This document shows positions 34,071-46,163 of a stretch of DNA of 60,460 bases, one piece after another. Location of the stretch: the sequence record SRR31156797_7069. One strand, given 5' to 3'. Under the pieces are notes generated by a model. The model did no database searches. It had not been told where the DNA came from and saw only the letters and a program-made list of their open reading frames with translations. Within the stretch, counting starts at the first letter, position 1, and the number at the start of each line of letters is the position of its first letter. A program made the translations under genes and the position numbers.

Positions 34071-34102
34071 CTCCAATATATTCAATATTGAATATATATT
34101 CA
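34071..34102. promoter_or_regulatory. Paired operator overlapping the aptA RBS
   Basis: Perfect palindrome TGAATATATATTCA 34089-102 plus half-site CTCCAATATATTCA 34071-84. Confidence 0.7.
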
Positions 34103-34174
34103 TGAAGAGCAAAAAAATAGCTTCAGTACATTAAAGTGTGAAGATGACTAACTTTTACTCTTCGTACACTAAAC

Positions 34175-35251
34175 TTAGTCAACAGACTTTTGAGACGTAA
34201 TCGCAGCTTTATACTGCATCTTGCTTTGCATCTGATCGATAATGACAGCAATAATGATCACGATGCCTTTAATCACCATTTGCCAGAATTCACTTACACC
34301 CATCATTACTAGGCCGTCCGCAAGGATACCGATGACAAATGCACCAATGATTGTGCCTGTTACCGTACCGCGACCACCTGCTAACGATGTGCCCCCTAAA
34401 ACAACTGCTGCAATAGCGTTCATTTCAAATGCTGTACCCGTTGCCGGGTGGCTTGCGACAAGTTGAGACGTAACGACCAGACCTGCAATCGCTGCGCAGA
34501 AACCTGAAATGGTGTAAACCCAAACTTTAACGTTGTTAACCTTCACTCCGGACAGTTCAGCAGCTCTTTCATTGTCGCCGATAGCGTATACATGACGACC
34601 GAATGGCAACTTCTTAGCAACGTACGCAATAACGGCTGCAACCAAAAACATAAGCCAAATAGCGTAAGGAATACCAAACAGGTAACCAGCACCGATAGCA
34701 TCAAAACCTGTATTACCAAGCTGAGGATTACCTTGCAGACCCGGGAATGTTTCACCACCAGAAAGCAACATTGCCGCACCACGAATGACATACATGGTAC
34801 CCAGAGTACAGATGAAAGGCGCTACGTTGTAACGTGTAATAATAATACCATTCGCCGCTCCTATCAGACCACCAATGACCAACACAGTAGGAACAATCAC
34901 CCAAACACTTGGAAAAATAGCGATTCCAAACATTGGCAGAACAATACCGTGAGAGATCATGTAACCTGCGACCATGCCACAAAAACCTAACGTCGCACCA
35001 ATCGAAAGGTCGATACCCGCGGTAATAATGACGAACGTAATACCTAATGCCAAAAAGGCGTTAATTGAGATATGCTTGACCATAATGATCAAACTGTTAG
35101 GAGCCAGGAACCCATCTACAGTAAATGAGAAGAACCCTAAAATAATGAATAATGCGATAAATGTTCTTAACTTCAGTAACATCAAGCCGATGTTAGCTGA
35201 GTTAAATTGAGATGTCGGCATCGCCATGCCCTCTGCTGCTTTGGCCTTCAT
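34175..35251 (-). CDS. Sugar ABC transporter permease (RbsC family)
   Basis: TAGIDLSIG, GRHVYAIGDNERAAELSG, AVVLGGTSLAGGRG. Confidence 0.93.
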   Translation of the reverse strand: MKAKAAEGMAMPTSQFNSANIGLMLLKLRTFIALFIILGFFSFTVDGFLAPNSLIIMVKHISINAFLALGITFVIITAGIDLSIGATLGFCGMVAGYMISHGIVLPMFGIAIFPSVWVIVPTVLVIGGLIGAANGIIITRYNVAPFICTLGTMYVIRGAAMLLSGGETFPGLQGNPQLGNTGFDAIGAGYLFGIPYAIWLMFLVAAVIAYVAKKLPFGRHVYAIGDNERAAELSGVKVNNVKVWVYTISGFCAAIAGLVVTSQLVASHPATGTAFEMNAIAAVVLGGTSLAGGRGTVTGTIIGAFVIGILADGLVMMGVSEFWQMVIKGIVIIIAVIIDQMQSKMQYKAAITSQKSVD

Positions 35252-35253
35252 AA

Positions 35254-36771
35254 TTAAAATCCTTGCGCACTTGCTAATACTAAATCTTCTTCAGTGGTTT
35301 CACGACGAAGTACGTTTGCGGTTAACTTACCGTTCGACATGACAAGTATCCGATCAGACACCGCCATAATCTCTTTCAAATCAGAGGTTGAAAACAGAAC
35401 CCCAATCCCCTGCTGAGACAGCTTAACCATCATTTCAAACACATCAGCTTTGGCGCCGACATCGATACCCCGAGTTGGTTCATCAAGCAAAAGGACTTTC
35501 GGCTCGGTCAGAAGTGAACGGCCAATAACCACTTTTTGCTGATTTCCCCCACTTAAAGCTTGAATTTCTACCTTTGGTGAAGAGACTTTGATAGAAAGTC
35601 TGTCAATCGCTTCGTCAACGGCTTTATCTTCGTCTTGCTCAGAAATCGCCATACCTTTTAAACGTTTCCAAAGACTGGAAATGGTTAGGTTATTCGCAAC
35701 TGAACTTACAGGGAAAATGCCAGAATGTTTACGATCTTCCGGTACCAGACCGATACCCATTTTTACACGGTCAGGTGTCGTCGTTTTATGACCGATGATT
35801 TTGCCGTTGAGAGAAAAACGTCCAGAATAAGTCGCCTTACCAACCAGACATTCAAATAGCTCGGTTCTCCCAGCCCCCATCAAACCATAGATGCCTACAA
35901 TTTCCCCTTCTCGGACATCAAAAGAAACATCATTAACTACGCTCACTTCTGACTCATTGATATAGGTAATTCCCTCCGCTTCGAGCACTTTTATTCCGTA
36001 ATCCCGATGCTCCGGAAGAAAATCCGTCACCGGATCACTACCTAACATCTGGCGAACAATCCACGGTACACTGATATCTTCAACAGCGGCTTCAGACTGG
36101 AACTTCCCATCTCGTAGAATCGTAATGTAAGTGCCAATTTCCATCAGCTCTTCCAGACGGTGAGAGATATAGATAATCGAAACCCCTTGAGCAGTCAGGT
36201 CACGTATAACATCAAACAGAATCTCAACTTCTTTTTTACTCAGAGCTGAAGTTGGTTCATCCAAAATCAGAACATCCACTTCCCCGGACAGTGCCTTACC
36301 AATCTCAACCAACTGTTTTTGACCGACTTTAAGGTTTGAAACCAGTTCATTAGGATCAATATCCTGTTTCAATCGTTTCATCAGTTCAGCGGCAAGTTTA
36401 CATTGTGTTGCGTTGTCTATCGGAGAGACGCCTTTCTGTTTTTCTCGACCCAGAAAAATATTTTCAGCAACCGTTAAGTTTTCAGATAAATTCAGTTCTT
36501 GGTGAACCATACCAATACCGTGTTCAGCTGCACTTCGGGTACTGTCAAAAGAGACTTCTTTACCTTCGATATACATCTGACCTTCAGTTTGTTGTTGAAC
36601 ACCGGCCAAAATTTTCATTAGTGTTGATTTACCCGCACCATTCTCGCCAATAATGACGTTAACCGCACCACGGTAAACATTATATGAAACGTTATCGAGA
36701 GCCTTTGTTCCTGGAAAAACCATAGAGATATTTTCCGCTCTCATAATGACGTCTTTTTTATTCTCGTTCAT
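35254..36771 (-). CDS. Sugar ABC transporter ATP-binding protein (RbsA family)
   Basis: GENGAGKS, LDEPT, LSGGNQQK, DEPTRGIDVGAK. Confidence 0.95.
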   Translation of the reverse strand: MNENKKDVIMRAENISMVFPGTKALDNVSYNVYRGAVNVIIGENGAGKSTLMKILAGVQQQTEGQMYIEGKEVSFDSTRSAAEHGIGMVHQELNLSENLTVAENIFLGREKQKGVSPIDNATQCKLAAELMKRLKQDIDPNELVSNLKVGQKQLVEIGKALSGEVDVLILDEPTSALSKKEVEILFDVIRDLTAQGVSIIYISHRLEELMEIGTYITILRDGKFQSEAAVEDISVPWIVRQMLGSDPVTDFLPEHRDYGIKVLEAEGITYINESEVSVVNDVSFDVREGEIVGIYGLMGAGRTELFECLVGKATYSGRFSLNGKIIGHKTTTPDRVKMGIGLVPEDRKHSGIFPVSSVANNLTISSLWKRLKGMAISEQDEDKAVDEAIDRLSIKVSSPKVEIQALSGGNQQKVVIGRSLLTEPKVLLLDEPTRGIDVGAKADVFEMMVKLSQQGIGVLFSTSDLKEIMAVSDRILVMSNGKLTANVLRRETTEEDLVLASAQGF

Positions 36772-36776
36772 CGTCC

Positions 36777-37361
36777 CTACCTCTTAACTATTTCGAGAGG
36801 AACCACTTCAGATACCGACGAACCTTTAAACGTAACAGCAGCCAAAACATCGACTGTACTACCAGCCCATGAGCTGTCAGGACGAGTAAAGTTTGTCATC
36901 GCTTTTTTATTGAGTGCTTTAGATAGTCGGGCAAACTGAACCTGATTTTTAAAATCGTCGAAATTAATGAAGCTGGCAGCATCACGAATCGCATTACCGC
37001 GAATGATAGGACCAATCTGTAAAACAACGTCTTCTTCACCCGTTGTTACTGTCATAGTGGCTGTTTTTTTGCTGTCATCAACAGCACCGACCGTACCGCT
37101 GATACGAACAAATTCGCTGTTTTTACCTTCAACTTGTTTTAACACAAAAGCTTTAGAAACAGAGTTGGCTTCATTTAGAATATCTCCCCAAAACCTATCC
37201 GCTAAAGCTTCCGGTGTTAAGTTACTTAACGACGCCGCTTCTTCCGCTGTCATAGGAATAATGGGTTTGCCATCTTGATCCAACTTCACAACATCACAGC
37301 CCAACAGAGCTATACAAAACACTGGGATCAGCGACCACTTGGTAAAATTTATTACGCGCAT
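36777..37361 (-). CDS. DUF2291-family lipoprotein
   Basis: Lipobox LLGC; QIGPIIRGNAIRDA...FDDFKNQVQFA signature; inside a sugar ABC operon. Confidence 0.8.
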   Translation of the reverse strand: MRVINFTKWSLIPVFCIALLGCDVVKLDQDGKPIIPMTAEEAASLSNLTPEALADRFWGDILNEANSVSKAFVLKQVEGKNSEFVRISGTVGAVDDSKKTATMTVTTGEEDVVLQIGPIIRGNAIRDAASFINFDDFKNQVQFARLSKALNKKAMTNFTRPDSSWAGSTVDVLAAVTFKGSSVSEVVPLEIVKR

Positions 37362-37437
37362 GTTTCTCTATCCTTAAAATACCACTGGATATCGCCAAAC
37401 AAAGGTGGAGCCAGAAAACCAGCTCCACCAAGCTTGT

Positions 37438-38483
<1,046 letters not shown>

Positions 38484-38739
38484 ATCAGTGCGTGAAATTC
38501 ATCCAAAACACAAGCTAAACAGAGAAGCTATATGCTGAAATTTTTTGAAACGACTTTGATCGAGCTTAAGAATTAAAACCGACCAAATTAAAATATAAGC
38601 AATTGATTTAAAACAATTTAAAAACAATAGCATTAGACAGAAAATTGAGTAAATAACAGAATGATATTTCTACTTTATAGTGCTAATATAGTGGGATAGA
38701 ATATATATGCAGCATTAAAAATTAATTCAGGAACCTGTT

Positions 38740-39843
38740 ATGGCGTTGAGTAAAATCGAAGACATCATTGAAGATATTCGTCTAGGGAAAATGGTCATCC
38801 TAATGGATGATGAAGATCGAGAAAATGAAGGTGATATTCTGATTGCCGCTGAGAAAATAACACCAGATATCGTCAACTTTATGGTTACCCAAGGTCGTGG
38901 GCTTCTATGTCTCACCATCACAGAACAGCGTGCTAAACAACTTAACTTGCCTGTGATGGTTCGTAAGAATACCGAACAGTTTGGTACAAACTTTACGGTA
39001 TCCATTGAGGCCGCATCCGGGATCAGCACAGGCATTTCAGCAGCAGACCGCTCTCACACTATTAAAGCTGCAATAAATACAGATGCAAAAGCGTCGGATG
39101 TAGTGTCTCCTGGTCATGTCTTCCCAATTATCGCTAAACCTGGTGGTGTATTAATTCGCGCAGGCCACACTGAAGCAGGATGTGACCTTGCAAAGCTCGC
39201 TGGTTTCGAACCCTCTTGTGCCATTATTGAAGTATTAAATCCAGACGGCACTATGGCGCGCAGACCCCAATTAGAAGCGTTTGCTGAAGAGCACGATATC
39301 AAACTGGGTACCATTGCTGATTTAATTAAATATCGTCTGCAAACAGAAAGTGTTATTGAAAATGTATTGGAACAAGAATTAGAAACCAAACAAGGTTCGT
39401 TCACGCTTACCACATACAAAGACACAATAAATGAACAGCTACATTATGCGTTAACGAGTAAGAATCTAAACATTAACGACGAAAGCTGCGCTCCTTTAGT
39501 TCGAGTGCACGCGCTCAACTACCCACTTGACCTGTTCAATGTTGATTCAAATAAGTGGAATATTCAGGATGCGATGGAAGAAATTCAGGCTAGCCCAACA
39601 GGTGGAGTATTAGTGGTAATTGGTAAACCGCTTTCTAATGAGTCTATCATCGCACACTTAACCAATAACACCGCTAAGTGCCCAACACATAATGCTAGCA
39701 GCGAAATCGGTATTGGTTCGCAGATACTACAACACCTTGGGATTCATAAAATGCGCTTGCTGACATCGACAGAAGTGAAGTATGGAGCGCTTTCAGGCTT
39801 TGATTTATCTATTGAAGACAGCGTCCAGAAAGAATCGAAGTAA
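38740..39843 (+). CDS. ribBX: DHBP synthase fused to a degenerate GTP cyclohydrolase II domain (RibBX type)
   Basis: [28 protein letters not shown]-domain keeps PLVRVH and GIGSQIL but lacks the three Zn-binding Cys. Confidence 0.85.
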   Translation: MALSKIEDIIEDIRLGKMVILMDDEDRENEGDILIAAEKITPDIVNFMVTQGRGLLCLTITEQRAKQLNLPVMVRKNTEQFGTNFTVSIEAASGISTGISAADRSHTIKAAINTDAKASDVVSPGHVFPIIAKPGGVLIRAGHTEAGCDLAKLAGFEPSCAIIEVLNPDGTMARRPQLEAFAEEHDIKLGTIADLIKYRLQTESVIENVLEQELETKQGSFTLTTYKDTINEQLHYALTSKNLNINDESCAPLVRVHALNYPLDLFNVDSNKWNIQDAMEEIQASPTGGVLVVIGKPLSNESIIAHLTNNTAKCPTHNASSEIGIGSQILQHLGIHKMRLLTSTEVKYGALSGFDLSIEDSVQKESK

Positions 39844-39865
39844 AGTTCACCACATACTAAATAGC

Positions 39866-39893
39866 AAAACGCTCCTAGTCAGGAGCGTTTTTT
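39866..39893. terminator. Bidirectional terminator
   Basis: AAAACGCTCCT-AGTC-AGGAGCGTTTTTT. Confidence 0.88.
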
Positions 39894-39912
39894 CATTCTA
39901 TTTGTTAGCAAA

Positions 39913-40815
39913 CTATGCCTCAGCGTTCGTTTTGAAACTAAACCATTTTCTACCAAAAACATTAATCACCAACCCAATAGCAATCACCACCACGCCAATG
40001 ATCTGATACAGGCCTAAGCTCTCACCTAACAATATCCAGGCGCTTAACAGGCCAAACACCGGAACTAACAATGAAAGCGGCGCAACCAATGATGTCTCGT
40101 AGCGGCTCAGTAAATAACTCCAACCACCATACCCCACAATAGTGGCGAGCAATGACAGATAAACGATAGAGAATAGGTTGTGCCATTCAATGTTAATCAA
40201 TGCATGGCTAATCTGTTCCTGACCTTCAATAAAATAAGAAGCAACAAAAAAGGCTGTGGTTGGCACCAATGCACTCCATACGATAAGCGACATCGTTGGT
40301 ACTGAGTAATTCTGCATGATCACTTTATTGGTAATGTTACCCAGCGCCCAGCAGGTCGCAGCACCAATAATCAATAGTAATGTCAGCGGTGTTAACGAGG
40401 TTGAAGCATGGCCTTGTGCAGCCGCAAGCAGATAAATACCCGCTCCCGCCGTTGTCACCGCGATCACATTGTGCAAGCGTATTTTTTCTTTCAGCAATAG
40501 CGCCCCAAACGCAAGCGTAATGAAAGCTTGAGCCTGTAATAGAAGTGAAGCGAGTCCTGCAGCCAAGCCAACACTAAGAGCCCAGAACAGTAATGCGAAC
40601 TGTCCAAAGCTGATGGTTAACCCGTAAGCCACCAGCCATTTGATTGGAAGTTGTGGTCGTTTTACAAACAACAGCGCGGGAAACGCAACCAAAGCAAAAC
40701 GTAACCCAGCAAGTAACAAAGGTGGCATACCTTGCAAACCGACTTTAATGATCACGAAATTAACGCCCCAAACCAAAACAATGGTGAGAGCCAGCAGCCG
40801 GTCACGAAACGACAT
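39913..40815 (-). CDS. eamA: EamA/DMT exporter (O-acetylserine/cysteine exporter-like)
   Basis: WGVNFVIIKVGL, PPLLLAGLRF, GLASLLLQAQAF, APLSLLVPVFG; about 10 TM helices. Confidence 0.8.
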   Translation of the reverse strand: MSFRDRLLALTIVLVWGVNFVIIKVGLQGMPPLLLAGLRFALVAFPALLFVKRPQLPIKWLVAYGLTISFGQFALLFWALSVGLAAGLASLLLQAQAFITLAFGALLLKEKIRLHNVIAVTTAGAGIYLLAAAQGHASTSLTPLTLLLIIGAATCWALGNITNKVIMQNYSVPTMSLIVWSALVPTTAFFVASYFIEGQEQISHALINIEWHNLFSIVYLSLLATIVGYGGWSYLLSRYETSLVAPLSLLVPVFGLLSAWILLGESLGLYQIIGVVVIAIGLVINVFGRKWFSFKTNAEA

Positions 40816-40956
40816 CAAGTATCCTTACCAAGGTAATAATGGCTATTGAGAACATCCGTTCTCAGCCAGACGAGATTGAAATGATTAAACCGTATTAATA
40901 ACCGCCAGATTGCATCAAACCCCTCCAGAACACAAGCACGATGTAGCACGATTATT

Positions 40957-42006
40957 TTACATACAGTTCGCCACACAAACCCAAGCAGCTCCTTCGCCAC
41001 ATTGCGCTGAAGAGACTCTTTCGATCGCTCCGGAATCCGAACATATGGAATAGAGACCTAATTCGGAGGCCAACTCTCCGCTTACCAACATATATTGACC
41101 ACCTTCTGTGATGATAAAGCTTCTTGGCTGCTGCTCAACCGGGTAGTAATTAAGATAGCGCGGAAGGTGATCATCACAAGAAATTTCAAGGCAGGCCATC
41201 ACACTCAGTGTTCTCTCAGAAACATACAAATAACGGCCATTCGCCGTGATATGAATATCAGCAGCCCACGCCCTTGGTACATCATTGTCGACGCGTTGAG
41301 CAGGAGGTAAGCCTTTCTCTAACCCTAAGGCTTTCAACGGTAAGACGGATGTTTGATCAATCAGCTTGAGTGAGCCGTTTACACTATCAAATGCAAAGGT
41401 ATAAACAGTTGCACTCATTTCGGTTAGGACATACAAAAACTTGCCGCAAGGAGAAAAGTCAAAATGACGGGGACCAGAGTCAGTTTCAAAATCGTATGCA
41501 AATACAGGGGCTTTTGACACGCCATGACAGCTCGAAGCTGAATAGATATAAAGCTTATCTTGACCAAACACGGTCGCAACCGTCCATTTCTCATCAGGAC
41601 TATAACGAAACATGTGACAATGCGATTGATGCTGAAAGGCGGTAGTACTCTCTGATATCCGTCCAGATTCGTCTAACGCTTTCACTATCACTCTGTTTTG
41701 ATTAAAAGACGCAGCAAGTAACTGTTGATTATGTAAATCGATATCTAAACTCACGATACTCTCTTCGACTTCACAATCGGATCGAAGGGTGAGATCCCCT
41801 GTCAGTTGGTCAATACGGAATTGAACCAGACGATAAGGGTTAGTACGTACCGCTGCATAAAGATACTGTTGGCAATGACTGACCGTCATCGGCATTACCA
41901 TCTCTCCCACTTCCGTTTCACCAATCAAAGTCAGTTCTCCGCGCTTAAGCCTATAACGGGAAATGGTGCCTGATAATGCGTTAGACAAATAAACAAACTG
42001 TGTCAT
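40957..42006 (-). CDS. Beta-propeller lactonase (6-phosphogluconolactonase family)
   Basis: GPRHFDF, LTEM, WAADIHIT, YVSERT, QPRSF repeats. Confidence 0.82.
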   Translation of the reverse strand: MTQFVYLSNALSGTISRYRLKRGELTLIGETEVGEMVMPMTVSHCQQYLYAAVRTNPYRLVQFRIDQLTGDLTLRSDCEVEESIVSLDIDLHNQQLLAASFNQNRVIVKALDESGRISESTTAFQHQSHCHMFRYSPDEKWTVATVFGQDKLYIYSASSCHGVSKAPVFAYDFETDSGPRHFDFSPCGKFLYVLTEMSATVYTFAFDSVNGSLKLIDQTSVLPLKALGLEKGLPPAQRVDNDVPRAWAADIHITANGRYLYVSERTLSVMACLEISCDDHLPRYLNYYPVEQQPRSFIITEGGQYMLVSGELASELGLYSICSDSGAIERVSSAQCGEGAAWVCVANCM

Positions 42007-42199
42007 TATAAGCCTTAATATAACGTTAGATTTATAAGAATAAGTTCAACGACTTCTGATACCTCATCTTATCCTATTTAAAGTAATAGGATAAAACTGA
42101 AATACTGATTCCGTTGATCAATCGCATTGAAGCCAAACACATGTGAGCAAATTAATAACCGTATGATTCTCTCTTAAAATAATCATTAGGATTAAGCAC

Positions 42200-43111
42200 A
42201 TGAACCACACACATGATCAATCGTGGGTTGACGTATTAAAGGGACATTCCAACCAACATCCTCTTATGGCTGGAGGATTAGTCGCCTCTTTATTATTAAT
42301 CGCATTCTTTCTTTTTCATGCATTAACGGGTGAAAGGCAACTTAACGCTCAATACGCGCTCATTGGAGGAACTATCGCCTTTGGTGCAACGGCTCTCGGT
42401 ACACTGCCAGCCCTATTTATCCGGAATATCCCACAAAAACTCTCAGACGGGATGCTTGGCTTTGCTGCAGGCATGATGTTAGCCGCTGCTGCATTCTCAT
42501 TATTACTGCCAGGGGTTGAAGCTGGCGCAGAATTTTTTGACAATGCCTTTCTCGGTGGTGTGATTGTTATCTTAGGCATGATTATCGGTGTCGCACTGAT
42601 GCTAGGCTTAGATGCCTTTACCCCCCACGAACATATGGAAACAGGGCCTTGCGGACCTGGGCATGACAGATGCAGCCGAGCATGGTTGTTTGTGTTCGCC
42701 ATTGCCTTGCACAACTTCCCTGAAGGTATGGCTATTGGCGTTGGCTACGCACAAGGCGATTTATCAGTCGGTGTTCCTCTCACGTCAGCGATTGCACTGC
42801 AAGACATTCCTGAAGGTTTGGCGGTCGCTTTGACCTTGAGAGCCGCTGGGATCAGCACGAAATGGTCGGTATTCGTTGCCGCCTTAACTGGGATTCTTGA
42901 GCCTATCGGCGCATTGCTTGGTGTTAGCTTAGCAGGTGGCCTATTGATCGCTTACCCAATCGGCCTTGGACTTGCCGGAGGTGCGATGCTCTTTGTCGTT
43001 TCGCACGAAGTGATTCCCGATACGCACAGAAACGGTCATCAAACCGTAGCAACCATCGGTTTAATGATAGGTTTTGCTTTAATGATGGTGCTCGATACCA
43101 CTCTGGGGTAG
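42200..43111 (+). CDS. ZIP-family metal transporter (GufA/ZupT-like)
   Basis: GFAAGMML, PHEH, LHNFPEGMAIG, QDIPEG, HEVIP. Confidence 0.9.
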   Translation: MNHTHDQSWVDVLKGHSNQHPLMAGGLVASLLLIAFFLFHALTGERQLNAQYALIGGTIAFGATALGTLPALFIRNIPQKLSDGMLGFAAGMMLAAAAFSLLLPGVEAGAEFFDNAFLGGVIVILGMIIGVALMLGLDAFTPHEHMETGPCGPGHDRCSRAWLFVFAIALHNFPEGMAIGVGYAQGDLSVGVPLTSAIALQDIPEGLAVALTLRAAGISTKWSVFVAALTGILEPIGALLGVSLAGGLLIAYPIGLGLAGGAMLFVVSHEVIPDTHRNGHQTVATIGLMIGFALMMVLDTTLG

Positions 43112-43133
43112 CGATATAAACCATTGGAAATAC

Positions 43134-43160
43134 GAAGTCACCTAAGGTGGCTTCTCCTTT
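43134..43160 (+). terminator. Terminator after the ZIP gene
   Basis: GAAGTCACC-TAA-GGTGGCTTC followed by a T-rich tail. Confidence 0.6.
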
Positions 43161-43598
43161 CTAGAACTAGCTTATACAAAAACGGTCACCTTGGAATAAA
43201 AGGCAAGCTAAATACAATCACATTGGCTCGACGTGTTATTTTTTAGTCACAAATAAACGATAGCATTTCATCTAACTCAGCTAAAAACCCCAACCCACAC
43301 CGTTATACCAATCAGCAAAAACATCCCATTAACCAAATAAAACATATAAAAATCAATAGTATTGGATAATATCTTTTGCTAGTTATTACTCGACTAAAAA
43401 GCATGTTGAGCATTTTTGGTTCTAATACCACTCTCCACAACCTGTTTTTCATAAATGGAATAATAGGCAAAAAACACGGATGATCATTGTATCGCCTAAA
43501 CGCCTCATGATGACAAACTATAAACACTGAAATAACGAACTAAACTTATAACAATTACAGATAAACACTATCTGTTGTCACAGCCGTAGGAGGCGTCA

Positions 43599-44567
43599 AT
43601 GCAACTAACTCAACAATGGGACAAAACTTTTCCTCAAAGTGATAAAGTAGACCACCAAAAAGTAACATTCACAAACCGCTACGGCATTACCCTTGCGGCT
43701 GACCTTTACACTCCGAAAAATAACGACCAATCAGCACTTCCAGCACTCGCAATAAGCGGCCCATATGGTGCAGTTAAAGAGCAGGCATCTGGCCTATATG
43801 CTCAAACGATGGCTGAACGCGGTTATGTAACGTTAGCTTTCGACCCTTCTTACACAGGTGAGAGTGAAGGTACACCTCGCAACATTTCTTCTCCTGAGAT
43901 CAACACAGAAGATTTTAGCGCAGCGGTTGATTACCTTGGTCTGCACGAACTTGTTGACCAGAACAAGATTGGCGTGATCGGTATTTGCGGCTTCGGAGGC
44001 ATGAGTCTGAATGCTGCGGCAGTCGATAAACGTATTAAAGCGGTTGTAACCACCAGTATGTATGATATGTCACGCGTATCAGCTAAGGGTTACTTTGATT
44101 CTTTGACTGCGGAAGAACGTAGCAATGCGCTTGTCCAACTGAACGAACAACGCTGGGTTGACGCTAAGAATGGCGAGCAAACTCTGGCACCACAAGGTTT
44201 GCCTCAACCTGCTGACCTGACAGGTGAAGAACCACAATTCGTAACAGATTACGTAGACTACTACCGTACTCCACGCGGATTCCACGAGCGTTCTATCAAC
44301 TCAAACGGTTCATGGACAGCCACAAACTTCCTACCGTTTATGAACATGCCGCTATTAACTTACATTAACGAGATCGCTCCGCGTCCAATTCTGTTAATTG
44401 CGGGTGAAAACGCTCACTCTCGTTACTTCACTGAAGATGCTTATAAAGCAGCAGAAGAGCCAAAAGAAATGTTGATTCTAGAAGGTCTAGTACACACTGA
44501 CCTTTACGATAAAGTCGAACATATTCCATTCGACCGTATCGAAGCATTCTTCGGCGAAAACCTATAA
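43599..44567 (+). CDS. Alpha/beta hydrolase (YcjY-like, Cys nucleophile)
   Basis: FTNRYGITLAADLY, GAVKEQ, FDPSYTGES, GICGFGG, HTDLYD. Confidence 0.85.
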   Translation: MQLTQQWDKTFPQSDKVDHQKVTFTNRYGITLAADLYTPKNNDQSALPALAISGPYGAVKEQASGLYAQTMAERGYVTLAFDPSYTGESEGTPRNISSPEINTEDFSAAVDYLGLHELVDQNKIGVIGICGFGGMSLNAAAVDKRIKAVVTTSMYDMSRVSAKGYFDSLTAEERSNALVQLNEQRWVDAKNGEQTLAPQGLPQPADLTGEEPQFVTDYVDYYRTPRGFHERSINSNGSWTATNFLPFMNMPLLTYINEIAPRPILLIAGENAHSRYFTEDAYKAAEEPKEMLILEGLVHTDLYDKVEHIPFDRIEAFFGENL

Positions 44568-44576
44568 TAAGTAAAG

Positions 44577-44606
44577 ACGACCCACTGATTAAACAGTGGG
44601 TCGTTT
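44577..44606 (+). terminator. Hairpin between hydrolase and acetyltransferase genes
   Basis: ACGACCCACTG-ATTAAA-CAGTGGGTCGT followed by TT. Confidence 0.6.
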
Positions 44607-44634
44607 CACAACAGCTTAGCGCTCTGGGATCCCC

Positions 44635-45204
44635 ATGAACAAACCCAAAGAACACATCATAGAAACCTTAGTTTCAGGTCAATCGGTAGCGATGAATCAT
44701 CCCGATATGCCGAAACTAGTGGAAGCCGCATCACAGGCATTCAAAACATTGAGTCGCTTTAATCAGGAATACGATTTAGTCAAAGCAAGAGCTATTTTCA
44801 GCGAACTCACCGGAAACACCATTGACGACAGTACTATGGTTTACCCACCGTTTTACACCAATTACGGTAAAAACATTTCACTAGGTAAAAACGTATTTAT
44901 TAACCATGACTGCTCTTGTCTTGATCTTGGTGGCATTGAAATCGAAGATGATGTGATGATTGGCCCAAGAGTCAGTATCACGTCAGAAAACCACCCGGTA
45001 CCGCCAGCTGAAAGAAAAACGCTTGTTCCAAGTAAAGTACTCATCAAAAAGAATGCGTGGATTGGCGGTGGTGCAACAATCCTACCGGGTGTCACCGTGG
45101 GTGAAAACTCAGTAGTTGCAGCAGGTGCGGTCGTCACTGAAGATGTTCCTGACAACTGTGTTGTCGGTGGTGTACCTGCCACGATCATTAAATCTGACAT
45201 ATAA
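44635..45204 (+). CDS. Sugar O-acetyltransferase (Maa/LacA hexapeptide family)
   Basis: PPFYTNYGKNI, NHP, AWIGGGATILPGVTVG, GGVPA. Confidence 0.88.
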   Translation: MNKPKEHIIETLVSGQSVAMNHPDMPKLVEAASQAFKTLSRFNQEYDLVKARAIFSELTGNTIDDSTMVYPPFYTNYGKNISLGKNVFINHDCSCLDLGGIEIEDDVMIGPRVSITSENHPVPPAERKTLVPSKVLIKKNAWIGGGATILPGVTVGENSVVAAGAVVTEDVPDNCVVGGVPATIIKSDI

Positions 45205-45251
45205 TATTCGGCTTTAAGATTCGTGAAACAAAAATGGCTGTAGGACGTTGA

Positions 45252-45839
45252 ATGACAATAAACATTATCCCGCACTGCGAAAGAAATAAGCACCCCATAC
45301 TAGAGCAGCTCTCAGTTTACTTTAGTTCCTCAAAGCAGGTACTCGAAATAGGATCTGGCAATGGCCAACACGCGGTATTTTTCGCGGAACACCTGCCACA
45401 TCTCACTTGGTACACAAGCGAAATGCCGGAAAACCATGAGTATATTGTTAAATGGCTGGAGTACGCTGAACTCGAAAACATTCAACCACCTTTCCCGTTT
45501 ACTATCGGTCAAAATGATTGGCCAGATATCAATGTCGATGCGGTATTTACAGCGAATACAACTCATATAATGCAACCAGAAGAAGCAAAGATAATGATGC
45601 GGCTTGTATCAGAGAACCTGCCCAAAGACGGGATATTTTGCCAGTACGGTCCGATGAGAATTGAGGGTGAATTTACCACAGAAAGTAACGCAGAATTTGA
45701 CCGCCAGCTTAAACAGCGAGGATTTGGCGGTATTCCGGATATCAACGATCTTAAAAACTGGGCTAAAAATCTAACACTCTTGGAAACCATACCAATGCCC
45801 GCAAACAACTTTTTGTTGGTTTGGCGGTGCAAAACGTAA
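45252..45839 (+). CDS. DUF938 SAM-dependent methyltransferase
   Basis: RNKHPIL, VLEIGSGNGQH, YGP, SNAEFD, MPANN. Confidence 0.88.
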   Translation: MTINIIPHCERNKHPILEQLSVYFSSSKQVLEIGSGNGQHAVFFAEHLPHLTWYTSEMPENHEYIVKWLEYAELENIQPPFPFTIGQNDWPDINVDAVFTANTTHIMQPEEAKIMMRLVSENLPKDGIFCQYGPMRIEGEFTTESNAEFDRQLKQRGFGGIPDINDLKNWAKNLTLLETIPMPANNFLLVWRCKT

Positions 45840-46163
45840 AGATTTCTGACCATTCAGCTTTAATGATGAATGGGCAAACCATTAGATAGTCATCATTTAC
45901 ACATTAAAAATCAGACAAACGGTTATTTATTCACTTTTGTAACCAATCCGTTTATTTATATACGGATTGGCTATAATTATACTAATAATAAAACTTTACT
46001 ACTCACATCGATATTTTATCTAAGCTTATTAATTTCATCACAAATAACTGTGTAGCCTTTCTCAAATATCCCTAAATTAATTTTATTTACCTGTAATGTC
46101 TCAAATTAAATATTGAACAATATCCTACAGTCAAACCGATACCTACATACAAGGAGAAGGTTT

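Noticed and set aside
38486-38739. FMN riboswitch upstream of ribBX (GTGAAATTC at about 38492)
   Set aside because: Only a short loop-like match; the flanking RFN stems are absent and the region is AT-rich
43161-43598. Regulator remnant or small ORF (43312-43527) upstream of the YcjY-like hydrolase
   Set aside because: No HTH or other recognisable coding signal
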